This document shows, piece by piece, positions 12,431 through 25,185 of a stretch of 64,000 nt of DNA. The notes under the pieces are model-generated. The model did not search any database and had not been told where the DNA came from. It worked only from the letters and a program-made list of their open reading frames with translations. The DNA is from Camelus dromedarius (lineage: Eukaryota), in contig NC_087436.1 in NCBI RefSeq assembly GCF_036321535.1, positions 100,070,001 to 100,134,000 of the forward strand, in the 5' to 3' direction. The translations under genes were made by a program, and so were the position numbers. Positions within the stretch are counted from its first letter, which is position 1; each line of letters begins with the position of its first letter.

Positions 12431-14674
12431 GTGATTCTGGCCCTAGTTGCTGTCTCCTGTTACCTTCCAAGAGCTTGGGAGTCTCTCATCTAAAAGTAGG
12501 ACTCTTACAATGGGACTGGGACCTTTTCACTGTTACCTTTTATTTGATACCTTTTATTGGCAGTGTTTCTAGCAAAATACTTAGGTTAGAGAGCAAAACT
12601 CTTTTGCTCCACTGGGAGGTACAAAACACTTGAAAATGCATGATCACATAACATTTTTCAACTTGACTCTACTACACCTGGATCAGGGGTTTCAAGTTTT
12701 ACTTCCTGAATTCACCTTTGCATCCAACCCCCGTTGAAGTTAACATCATCCTTTGGCTGCACTGACCACTGATAATACAAAGTCCATTCTGGCATTCTTC
12801 CCGAGTGTATCTATTACATTTCAAGGTCAAAACTGCACTCCTTAAAGCCACCTGACACTCTTAATAAAGCTTGTTTCTCTTTGCCTGTGTCTCTTGCCTA
12901 GAAACTCCCTTGAACTGCCTTCTTACTGGCCCAAAGCCCAGTCCAGTTCAAAAGGGGTTTCTTTTCTTTCATATCTCTCTTCTTGGGTTTTTTGTTGTTG
13001 TTGTTTGTATTTTTTTGGTACGGGAAGTTTCTTCTAAGTAGCTGCTTGCAGATTTCAAGTCATTGCGGTTGACATAAGGAGATAAGCTACCCTTTCAAAC
13101 TGTGTAAAACATCCTTTTTTATTGTGACCTTTGAATCTAATTTAATTGACACATCCATATTCCAGAAGTTAGTAGGCCTGTTATGGCATCTACAAATTTA
13201 GCCAATTTTAATATTGTGTTTATATGTTATGTTTATATTACTGTAGTTTTATCTCATAGTTTCAAGGGGTCAAAACACTTCCAAGAAATTTTGTAATGTG
13301 AGTGAAAGATATAGATGACAACATGTGATTGAGGTGTGGGGATGATGTAAAAATAAATATAATTACCCAATCTTCTTTCTTATTAGCATTATTTTGAGTC
13401 TTCTAGGCACTGGAACACAAGGAAGTTCCCTGCTCCATCACCTCCTTTGCCTGTAAACATACAATGGACTATTTATGGGAGGACAAGTTCGAAAGAGAAA
13501 CAATGTACAAAGCACTTAAAATTAACCACCCCCTTTCACTTGGTGTCTGTGGTACCAGAAAATCTTACAGAGATCCCAGCCCTCCCAATGATGGAATATT
13601 TCTAATGGAGATCTCTTGCATCACTCTTGGCTAGTGGCTAAATTGTGACAGCCCATTCACTGTAATATGGTGAACCACATCTCTCCTGTATATCGTGTTG
13701 TACAGAGTTAATCTCTTATCTCTTGTAAGTTGCGAAGTATCCTGTGTGTGCCTTGTCATTGGAACGCACCAATATTTCAATTGTTCCTCAATTACAATCT
13801 TCAGCTGACTATTTTTTCCTTCCAAATAGGATGCTAGAAACTAATATCAATGAAGTTTCTGAATCTGGAGGGAGAACATTATTATATTCTTCAAATGAAG
13901 ACCTATCGTGATTTAGCATTGTCTTAAGTTCCTTCCTAGAACTAGGCAGTAAGGAAAGGAGTAGGGTCTCAATGTATTTTCTCTATTCTCTCTCTTTCTG
14001 AAATTTTAGGAGATAATAGCAAGAAGAATGATAAACGTTCTGCCTTTGTCAGCCATCTTATCCCTTTCTCATCTATCTTAAACATATTGGGGTTTAGTAC
14101 AAGATATAGTATCAGTCATAATATTTTTTTCTCCTGCCTTCCTTTCTAGAGTAGCCACAAGTGTGTTCATAAGGCCTTAGGTTTTAGTTTTAACTTTTAA
14201 TTTCTATATTTGGTCCCAAGAACTATTCAGTGAAGTATTATGGTTGAGATAGGACTTGAAACACTCTGACATCAGCCATACCAATGAGCCTTGTTATAAT
14301 TCAGAATCACTCTGCTCATATTCACATTCATGAGGACTAGAAACAAGCCTGGCATTCTATAAATTATTTAAATAAATGACTCCACCCTGCACATTTAATC
14401 CTGAAACAGAATTGTTCAATATCTGTATATTATAGCTTGGCATACCTTGGACATCTAGCAAGAAAAACATGGAATAAATGAGTCAAACAGACAATAAGAT
14501 ACCAGCTTTGGCATACACTAAATCAAAGAGGAAAGCACAAATTGCTAAGGCTATAGTGCATAAATTTAAAAATAAGAGATAAGATTTAAAGAACTTTTGA
14601 ATATATTACATATAAAATAGATTATCAGTTGCAGATGAGCCATCACAATCCTCATATAGATAAGCATGATCAGT

Positions 14675-14780
14675 TTCATCCATTTAAACATTTATTGAGC
14701 ACCCATTACATGCCAGGCCCTGTGCTAAGAACTGGGGATACAGGAATAAGTGACAGATCTCTGACTTCAAGATAATCTCA
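14675..14780 (-). mobile_element. L2 3' end
   Basis: aaacatttattgagcacccattacatgccaggccctgtgctaagaactggggataca. Confidence 0.75.
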
Positions 14781-15639
14781 TCTTCACATTTAAGTTATGC
14801 CAATGTGTATTTGCAATAAAATACCAAGTATCATCTTAATGTTTCCTCCTTTAAAAGGGGAGGTGACAAAGACAGGAAACGGCTGTTTAAATCTGTATTT
14901 TGAATCCGGCCCTTGGATGACTGAAGCACGCCCACGTTGGGGTTTCTTTTACATGTTGCAGCTATATAACAGAATAGAAGTGCTCCAGAGATGTGTGATT
15001 CTATGCAACTATTCAAAATCAAAGGAGTTTGCGTTGGGCTATTTATATTTCTAATCAAATCTCTAGCTTTGATCCTGCTGAGTCTAATTTTATTTGGGAT
15101 CCCTAAGAAGACTCCTTAGAATAGTTTATCTATGTCATGTAGTCATGAGTTCCTACTACATTATAAGTCATTTAAAATTGTAGATTCACATTCTAATGGG
15201 AAACTTTCAGCATAAAAGCCACAGCACTCAAATTATTGCTGTGAATACCAAATTATTCATATTACCATATTCATATCAATAAATTATCCTAGTTTTCTAC
15301 CCAAATCATTTTCAATTAATCTCTCATCAGGGCAATCAGAACTGTTTTGTCATTCTAGAATTAGAGGATTTGCCAATGTACTCTCCATTTTGACTACCTT
15401 TTTATCATCCTTACATTTAATCTTTTTTTTTTTTTTTTGAAGTGTTTTAGCAACAGCAGAACAGATTCAGGAACAGTTGAGGAAATCAAGCAATGCTGAT
15501 AAGAAATTGTCTGTCTAATTCAAGGAAAGAATTCCTCATGAACCAAATGCTCATTTATCATCATCTAATAAATGTTGTTCACTGATCCTGCTTATGTCTT
15601 GCAAGCAATTAAACAATGTCACACTTTGCTTTCTTTAAG

Positions 15640-15845
15640 CAGGGTTTCCCAACCATGGCACTACTACATTTTGGACCACATACATTTTGGGGTAGAGGGC
15701 AGTTCTATGCATTGTAGAATGTTTAGCAGCGTCCCTTGTCTTCACTAAATGACAGCAGCTCTTGCCCAGTTGTAACATTCCAAACTGTCTTCAGATATTA
15801 CCAAATGTCCTCTAGGGGACAAAATCACCCCTGATCATATTCTAA
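15640..15845 (+). mobile_element. MER20 hAT-Charlie DNA transposon
   Basis: cagggtttcccaaccatggcactact...tgcattgtagaatgtttagcagcgtccc...cagatattaccaaatgtcctctaggggacaaaatcacccc follows the MER20 consensus. Confidence 0.8.
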
Positions 15846-16625
15846 AGAAATATAATAAAATCTAATACAAAGAAAATGAAAAAAAAAAAAAAGAAGATTA
15901 CTTAGCCATCCAGCATATTTTGAATGAATTTCCACTGTATGATGACCATTGAGGAGGATATTAAGATTTGGATGGTAAATTATCTATCCTCTTGATAGAT
16001 GAGCTTCCCTCCAAAATTCAATATATTAATCATCATCCTCAAGCTACTTTCAGATACATTTTATTGAAATTTTCTATTTCTTCATAAATTTTTTACTAAT
16101 TTCCTTTCCTAACATGCTTATTTTATGTCTGGAATGTCTTAATTAAGAAACCCAGAAATTTCTTGATATTATTATAAGTAAAGTCTACATAATTATCTCT
16201 ATTTTGATTTTAAATTTTCTCATCCATGAAGAAAACGTTCAATGCAGTCCTAAAACTCCTATGGCATCTGTCTTACGGATATGGAGTTCCTATTTCCTCT
16301 GAAAGATAGCATTTAGCTTGAATTCTATTTAGAATCTTGGAACTTGGATTTAGGTCCATGGGGTGTTAAGTCCCTGACTCTTAGTTCCAGGGACACTTTA
16401 AATATAGTCAGCATGAGATCCAGAGTCCTTCTACAATCACACATCCATGCTATCACTGCTCAGTATTAGAATCAGGAGGGAGTGTTCAAAGACACTCAAG
16501 ATTTTAATAGTATCACTTCATATCTTAATTTTTTGAGGAACTATATGAAAAGTCTAAATATAAATGAATACTACTGGTGCAAGACTTTTTTAAGTTGTAT
16601 GACATTACCTCAAAATGTGGGGGTT

Positions 16626-17617
16626 TCAGCTCATATGGCTCAACAACAAGAACAATCACACACACAAAAAATTAAAAAATGGGCAGAAAACCTAAACAGG
16701 CTTTTCCCCAGTGAAGACATACAGATTGCCAATAGGACATGAAAAAATACTCAATATCGCTAATTATCAGAGAAATGCAAATTGAAACTATGATGAGGTA
16801 TCACCTCACACCAGTCAGAATGGCCATCATGCAAAAGTCCACAAATGACAAATGCTGGAGAGGCTGTGGAGAAAAGGGAACCCTCCTACACTGCTGGTGG
16901 GAATGTAGGCTGGTGCAGCCATTATAGAAAACAGTATGGAGATTCCCTAAAAAACTAAAAATAGACTTAGCCTATGATCCAGCAATCCATACTTGGGCAT
17001 ATATCTGGAGAAAACTATAATTCAAAAAGATACACATACCCTAATGTTCACAGCAGCACTATTTACAATAGCCAAGACATGGAAACAACCTAAATGTCCA
17101 TCGACAGATGACTAGATAAAGAAGTTGTGGTCTATCTATCCATCTGTCTATCTCATCCAAAAAAAGAATGGAACAATGCAATTTGCGGCAACATGGATGG
17201 ACGTGGAGATTATCATAGTAAGTGAAAGCCAGAAGGAGAAAGAAAAATGCCATATGATATCAATTATATGTAGAATCTTAAAAAAAATAATAAAATGATG
17301 CACATGAACTTATTTATGAAACAGAAACAGACTCAGAGACATAGAAAACAAACTTATGGTTACCAGCAGGTAAAGGGAGTGGGAAGGGATAAATTGGGGG
17401 TTCGGAATTTGCAGATACTAACTACTGTATATAAAATAGATAAACAAAAAAGTCCTACTGTTATAGCACAGGGAACTATATTCAGTGTCTTGTAATAATC
17501 TATAGTGCAAAAGAAAATGAAAAGGAATATATATATATATATGTAACTGAATCACTATGCTGTACACCAGAAACTAACACAACATGGTAAATAGACTATA
17601 CTTCAATTAAAAAAAAA
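16626..17617 (+). mobile_element. 5'-truncated L1: ORF2 C-terminal remnant, 3' UTR and poly-A
   Basis: ORF 16739-16927 reads ...[19 protein letters not shown]...[25 protein letters not shown], the L1 ORF2p Cys-rich C-terminus. Stops and frameshifts follow; A-tail at 17609-17617. Confidence 0.95.
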
Positions 17618-18474
17618 GTGAGCTTTTTTGGTTGTTATTTTATGGCACCATGATCTCTTTGGTTACTTAACATCATTTTTTACTGAAATGCCTATATATA
17701 TCATATTAATTCATTTATTTATATAAAGTTTATTCTATATAAGAAAATTATACAATGTTTTTGGAGAATTTGTAAGAAGAATATTAATTTTTTTGAAACT
17801 TCATGAAGAAAAGCTATTTGTCCTTCTTTCTTACATACCTTTTTCTCAGAAAGTTGATTTTAATTTGTAAATATGTAGAATCATGCCTGGTTTTCAGGGT
17901 TATTTTGTAGAAGCAATTGCTTACTATAAAGAAAAAATAACAGTGATATCTAAGAAAATCAAGTAAAATATTAAAAAAATAACTATGCAATAATTTACAA
18001 GCATGCTTTCTAAATTAGGTCATTTCTAGCCTAATTTTATACTCATTGGCAATCACTGGAATGACATTAAAAGACTCCATTTTCTTGCAAATGCCTGCAT
18101 TAAGCACAAGGAATGATACACATATAAGTTGTTCTCATGAAAATTTCTTCAGGCTGTGATGTGATTAGCTTGATTCTTTCAGTTGCCATGTTTCAAATGC
18201 AAGATATATAAATGTATTTTGTATTCATCTGTAATTGATATGGAACTCAAGTAACATATCTATATCTTGTTATTATGGAAAATCTTTGTTCTGATACAGC
18301 CTAAATAGACACCCTGGAAGCCAATGCATTTGAAGGATGACCCTTAATTTATTTGGTACTTGGCACTATATTGTCCACATTATCCAAATCATGAGTTTTA
18401 GAGACAGATTTTACTTTGGAGACGATCTACTTGATCCAAAACTCTTGTTGTATTGCCTAAATTGGAGTGGCTAT

Positions 18475-19910
18475 TGTATTAATTTTTTAAAACAGACATT
18501 TATGATCTCACAATTTCTGTGGAATAGGACTCCAGGCATGGCTTTGCTGGTCCTTTGCTAAGGGACTCACAAGGCTACAGTCAAGGTGTTGGCTGGGGCT
18601 GCAGTCTTTCTAAGGCTCAGAGTCATCTTCTAAGTTCACATGGTTTTTGGCAGAACTCAGTTCCTTGTATCTGCAGAACTGAAGCCCTGAGCTCATAGAA
18701 GCTGCCCACAGTTCCCTGCCATGTGGCCTCCTCCACATCATGGAAGTTGGATTTTTCAAGGCAGAAGGGATAGTAGGAGGGCAAGTCTATGTCAGAAGGC
18801 TAAGTCAGAGTTTTACTTAATGTAACATAATTATGAGAGAATTTGCCTATCAATTTGGCATATCTACCAGTACTCAAGTGGAGAGATTACACAAGGGCCT
18901 TAGTCATTGGACATTACCTTTGAGTGTGTCTTTCACAGCACTTTTTCTGGTCCCCAATGATTCACATCCCTCCTAATATTCACCCCGCCCCAAGTTTCCC
19001 TAAGTTTCATACCCTTTCAGCATCTGCTCAATATGTATGATCACATAATGTAAATCAAGTAGAGGTGTGCAGATGAGGCTTTAGGCTATAATCTGTTAAG
19101 TACTGCTCCTGCACCAAAACCTCTCCTTCTGTGATCTGTGAAATTAAAGGGACAAGGTAACTGCCCCCAACAAACCTGACATACAGTGGTGGAACAGGTC
19201 TCGGAGAAAGGCATTCTAAATTCCAATTCAAAAGAAGGGGCAAAGAGGAGGTAAGAAAGGGTCACTAGTTATTGAAGCTCTGAAATCTAACCTGACAAAA
19301 GTTAGGGGTTGCTTGATTAAGTCCTGAGACCTCAGAGTAGTTCTCAGCGGTTCTCGGATCCTTCTTCTAGGATCTTGCTCCTACCTTCTCATTCATTGTT
19401 TCTCTTTCATGAAAGACAACACAGTTTTGCTGCTGAAGAATTGTAATCAACTTTCTTCTTGTCAGTAGAATTTTGGATACATTTTAATTGTACTCTTCCT
19501 GTCCTTTTGAGTCCAAACCGGCAGTGTTTCTGCTGAAACAATTTTCTGAAATGCTTTTTGGACCTTCCATGGATTTTACCAGTTTTTACTCCATTGGATC
19601 TTTACACTGGCCTTCTATTAGGATGGTTCAGGAACAGTACTCTCATGACTTTGAGATCCCCAAGGTTTGATTGATAGGTTCCAGGATGTATATCCTTAAT
19701 CTCTTAAAAGAGCCCTTTGTGTGACTAAATATTTAGATTGTATAGTTACGCTTTTGACCTTTTCCCTTGAGCGTGGTATTGTGACAATAAGTCTCTTAAT
19801 TTTAGCATCTTTTGCCATCTGGAGATGATTTTCAAATTGTCAAGTCCAGATTCCCTTTGGCTTATCAATTCTTTCCCAAATTTATGTCTCTGCTCCACCA
19901 TTTTACTATT
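18475..19910 (-). mobile_element. MaLR (MLT1F/G/H-like) LTR plus internal sequence
   Basis: LTR ~18475-18940 (caaggtgttggctggggctgcagtc...ccctgccatgtggcctcctcca...gagattacacaaggg). Internal part resembles 45360-45530 (ccttaatctctt..aaag.gcc.ttt.tgtgact). Confidence 0.7.
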
Positions 19911-19914
19911 TCTT

Positions 19915-20200
19915 CCTTGAAAGAAATCATTATCTCCTATAGGTTCAGAATTAAGATGCTGAGGGCCAAACCCAGAATCACATTCAATGAGTGAGTTAAT
20001 TGCTACACACATTTAGTATCTCACCTCTGAGGGTGTTTGCTGCTAAACTGAGAGCATTGATTAGAAAAGAATGAGATCCCCCAAAGTGGACTGGGGACAC
20101 ATTAGAAGATCCTTGTAAAACTGGGGACATTAAGCCTGCAATTCTGATGAATGTTTGCCAACAGAGATGGCTGTACTAATGAGGAGATTCACTCTACTAT
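19915..20200 (+). mobile_element. ERVL gag fossil fragment
   Basis: From 20042 reads AKLRALIRKE*DPPKWTGDTLEDP, similar to ERVL Gag VKVRALIGKEWDP-W-GDVWEDP; contains a stop. Confidence 0.65.
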
Positions 20201-22479
20201 TTTGAGAGCGGTTTTGAGAGTCCATTTTGCACATTGAAATTTCTGATTAATTCTCAATATGGACCAAATCTTTAAAAAATAAAAACAGAATTTAAAAAGC
20301 TCTAAGGAAAAGTGAGAAAAACAAGTATAATAAATAAATAATGTTAAAGGTTTTCATAAATTCCAGGTTAATGGCTTGGCTGACAGGAAGAATGATCATT
20401 TAATTAATTAAAATAGAAAATCCATGAAGAGGTCAAAGTTAAGATTAAAGAGATAACCATTGTTTTCAAAATGTTAATTTTGATGTTATTAAGGCACATC
20501 CAGGTGGTAATCGCATATCCAGGTAGTAATTTGAGTAAGAAGCTGATGCCTCCTATATATACCTGGTTAATAGGAGGGTGTGAAAAATAAAATTTGTTTA
20601 AATGTGTACTGCTTATTTTAGCCAACTAACTGTTTTCTGTTCTTAGTTTTTCAAAAAACTTTTTTTTGTATGTTATGCAGTTACTATCAGCATTTCAATG
20701 TAAATTTGAATCTTTTATAATAAATCTGTCTTCAACTTGCTTTGTATCCATTGCTTTATCAATAAAACATGCAGTGGCAAAGCTGACATAAACACTGTAG
20801 CAAAAATGAACTGATCTAGATGTGAGAGATTCTCCTGGTCTTCCTAGGTGTTCTAATAAGTCCTAAAATTTGTTTACTTGATTATAAAATATCCTATGGG
20901 GTTTTGATAATGAAGTAAATCTGTAAGCCTAAGGGTGACATGCTGAGTTATTAAATTAGCCTCTAAATTAAATTTTGAGTATATCTTAGCTTGACTTTGG
21001 TACCACATAAGTTTATTCAGCTCAGAAGTACATTCAAGTACATTTTAAATGGTATAATATTTCTTTGAGAATAGTAAGAAATTTATGTGTAGGATTCCAC
21101 CTCTTCTTTTAGAACTTGGAAATTGGTATCCACTTATGAAGTTTAACTGACTATGCTACCTATGTAAAATAAGAGGCAGAATCTTTAAAATTTGTGTGAC
21201 TCATAGTCATGCAGAGTAGGAATCTCTTCATAGTTCGTATTTACTCTTACTTAGCTAAGGGTATAGATTGTTTGTTTTCAGGATTGTGTCATTTACCCCC
21301 TTTATTTAATCTCCTTTTCTGTTTTGACTTCTATTCCATTTTTCCCTCTTGAGTTTCTGCCTATTTTACTCTATTGTGTATTATACTTTTTCTTCCTTTT
21401 TATTTATCCCATTTCAATCTCACTTTGTAAGACAGTGAACTATCATTTATTGATTTCCCACTACTCTCTGGAACCATTTGGAAAAGTCATGTTTTAAACG
21501 TGTAAGATAAAAGTCCTTACTTTTTAACAACATATGAACTAGTTGTATGTAGAGACTGTGGGCTCCTCAGCCTTCTCCACATGCTCACAAAACAGAGTGC
21601 AAACAAGTGCAAATATGCAAAGTGAAAACCATACTCCTGAAGGCCAGAGGCAACAAGGGAGTGTGACAGTTAGAAACATCTGATTAAAAAAAAGAAAAAA
21701 ATACTAGGAGAAATTTGAAAGGGAGCTGGCTCTTAAAGAGGAAGACAGAAGAATATCAAGTAAGTAAAAATCACATGCACAATGGTGTCTAGCGCGGTCT
21801 CTCAGACACCATCTGTTTGTTGAATTAGTCTCAGGTAGCAGTGAGCAAGTGATCGGGAGACAAGATCAGTCAAGTGAATCTGACTGGAGCAGGGAGTCTA
21901 CCAGGAAAGCAGGAATTCAAAGCCAAGGTGAGGGAATTTGGAGACAATTACAAAATCTTAGAAAGATCTGTATGGATTTCGTGTTATCAAAGAATCCAAT
22001 TTGGAATATGCTGAAAGTACTATTTAAAGTAGGTGTTTTGAAAAGCAGTGATTCTTGTGGTAATCTATATCTAAAATGCTGTAATTCTGAAGGAAAAGTA
22101 CTATGAAAGCAGATAGTAACGATTTTATACTTGCATTAAAAAGTATTTGCATAAGTAGCAGGTTGGTTGGTAAGAGCAACAGAGGTTGAATTAAAAAGAA
22201 TTCCAATTAAACACTATTATTGTCAAGAATGGGCACAAAGTTGTGTTTAAACAAAGTAGGACAAACAATAATCACATGAGTACAATCCTATTTTATGGTA
22301 TTGTTTTTTTAAATTGCAATATTAGATGATGGTAAGATTAATGCTGTTTTCCTGACATTTCTGAAATATATTCAAGTGTTAAAATAATCATACAAGTACT
22401 GAAGGAAATGTCATGATTAAGCAGACTCAGGAACATACCTCTTGAGTTCATATCCTTTTGAAACACTAGCATTGTGGAC

Positions 22480-22645
22480 ATCAGATGAGTTACTTAACTT
22501 CTCTGTGCCTCAGTTTCTTTATATACTAAAGGGAAATAATAGTAGATGTCTGATAGAATTTTTATGAAAATTAAATGAGTTAACATTTGGAATTTGGAAA
22601 AGCTTGTCACTAAGTAAGCCACCCCTAAATGTTAGCTACTATTGC
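22480..22645 (+). mobile_element. MIR SINE
   Basis: agttacttaacttctctgtgcctcagtttc...attaaatgagttaa...taaatgttagcta. Confidence 0.75.
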
Positions 22646-23819
22646 TATCGATACTGCTATTAGACAAGATTAAAATAACGCCTAAACTATAAAATAAAGC
22701 ACCAAATTTACTCTTTACCTGATTAGAATCACCGCATTCTCCTTTCCAGAGTGGAGAAATAAGAATTTTGTTCTTTTCTTTACTTTGATTTTGAATTTAC
22801 CTAAAATGATATATTTCTGCATGGTTATTTAGCCTTTTAATGCAAATTAAAATCATACTCTGTGTTTAGTTCTGTCTTCTTTTCCTATCTCCTGGTATGC
22901 CTGAAAATTCCAAGTTAGCAGTAAAGTTTAAAATAGCTCAAAATATCTACACAGTAGTTCATAATAATCATATGCAGTGGTTTATTCAATTTCCTTCAGC
23001 TCGTATTTAGGATATATATATTTTTTTCTATTATGAGCAATGTTGCAAAGAGTATTCTTTTGCAAACAACTTAGTATACATACGGTAGTAAAAACTTTTA
23101 ACAAGCAGAGCAGGAACCAACAAATCAGAATAGTTGCTAGACGAAAGAGCGATAGTAAAAGACACACAAACTAGCATCTTACAAAACAGATAAATAACCT
23201 CTGGTAAGTATTACTGTGGACAACATCCTAAGAAGTGAAATTTGTTGCTTAAAAAGTGTGGCCTTTTAAATTTTTAAAGATACCATCAAATCTGTCCTTC
23301 TAAAAGCATTTTCTTAAAAAAATTCAACTAAATCTAAGTTAATGTTTATAGACACTGAAACTATAGCGATGACAAAGAGTGGTAAGAAGTTATGGGTATT
23401 AAAAGAGTGACTAAAAAAAACAGTGACTGACTTGTTTTGAATTTATAAAATAACAATGTAGCAGAATCCATTAATGAAATCCCTTATTGAGGTAATGGTG
23501 GCAACATTAAAGGAACTGTTTAATACCTATTTAATACCTAATACATATGTATTTCACAGAACACTTGATTGTCTAGAAATCACACCTTAACATTTTTAGT
23601 TGTATATTAGAATCAGTGATCAAATAATTGCTAGAGTATGTGTTCAACAAAGAGTGGCCAGGAAGACTCTATTAACTCTTTGGATATTAGAACTACACCT
23701 TAAGCCAACAGGGTAGTAAGCTTTTTAGAGGAATTTTATATCTCTACGTATATTTAGTAAAACAAATTCAGCAGCTGCAATGGCCAGAGCTAACTAACGG
23801 TTTTTCAGTTTTGTGATTT

Positions 23820-24560
23820 GAATCAGCATTTGACAAATACTGACTGACCTTACTTTATGTCCCTGGTACCACTCTAGATTCTGTGGATTCAAAGGTGAGT
23901 AAGATACAGTGACTTCCCATGAGGACTTGAGGGCGGGCTAGACATATAGACAAATTAAATAGAGATCAATGTGCATAAGCAAAATGCTGTCAGGAGGAAC
24001 TATGAGAAGCATATAACCAAGTATTAGGTGAAAAGTGAGCAGGTTTTAAGTAATGTTTTCTGGAAGAAGTAATTGCTTTTTAGAGTTTTAGAGAGAGATG
24101 GGGACTAAGCCAGTTGAAGAATCGAGGAAGAGACTATCCAGCCCTGAGTCTTACAAACACCAGGTGTCGGTTCAATTTTTGCAGGTGTGAATTAGCAGCA
24201 TCCCAATATTGAAGAAAGAACTCTGCAGGTAAAGGGAAGAACACATAAAAATTTCTTGAGATGGAAATGTGCTTGGCATGCTTGAGAAGCAGGAAGAAGT
24301 CTCTAATGTTTGAGTCACCTTATGGAAAAAACTTAGTTGGTGGAAAATTATGAGGCTTTATAGATGCCAAAGAGAATTTTAGATTTAAGTAAAACTATGA
24401 TGAGAAGCCATTGGAGAGGCTACAGCAAGACAATGACAACAGTTGATTCATATTTTAAGGGATTGCTCAGCCTGCCTTACGGAAAATAACTTTGGGTGGC
24501 AGAGCAAGGGAGAAGAGTTAAATGACCATTACAGAAGAAAGACTAGAATAAGTGGTTAGT
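23820..24560 (-). mobile_element. L2 LINE fragment
   Basis: tttgacaaatactgactgacctt...aaggtgagtaagatacag...gcatgcttgagaagcaggaagaag...gatgagaagccattggagag. Confidence 0.6.
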
Positions 24561-24585
24561 CTAAGAATTTATTGTAAAAGTCGAT

Positions 24586-25185
24586 GTGTTAATTTTCTAT
24601 TACCGCTCTAAAAAATTATAAACTTCACAATTTAAAGCAACACAAATCTATAATCTCACAGTTGTAGGTCAGAGTTTGACATGAATCTCATTGGGCTACA
24701 ATCAACAGGCCAGCAGAGGTGAGCTCTTTACTGGAGACTTTAGGATCTACTTCTGTGCTCAAGTAGGTTGCTGGCAGAATTTAATTCATTGTGGATGTAG
24801 GACTGAGATCCCAGTTTTCTTACTGTCTGTCTGCCAGGCATTGTTCTTAGCTTCTAGAGGCCACCTGTATTTTTTCGTGCCTAGCTCCTTTGTCTTCAAA
24901 CCTAGAGAAGGTGAGTTGAGTTTTTCCCATGCCTTTGTGTTCTGCTTTCTCTTTTGCCACTTCCCTCTCACTGACACTTGCATTTTTCCCCTCAGGTTTT
25001 AAGGGCCTGCATGCTTATATTGAGCCATACATAATTCAGGATAATCTTCTCATTTTAAGGTCAGATGATTAACAACTTTAATTCCATCTTCAAAGTCCTT
25101 TCGTTCTGTGAACTAACTCATTTACGCATTTAGAGTAGTAACACCAATGGGTGAAGATCTTGGAACCAAAATATCCTTCCTTTCA
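24586..25185 (-). mobile_element. MaLR solo LTR (MLT1E-like)
   Basis: aaagcaacacaaatctataatctcacagtt...ggttgctggcagaatttaattc...ggactgagatcccagttttc...ttttaaggtcagatgattaacaactttaattccatct. Confidence 0.75.

Noticed and set aside
16739..16927. Host zinc-finger-like CDS
   Set aside because: It is the Cys-rich tail of L1 ORF2p in a truncated, disrupted L1.
16612..17626. TSD for the 1-kb L1 (aaaatgtgggggttt vs aaaaagtgagctttt)
   Set aside because: Four mismatches in 15; too weak to assert.
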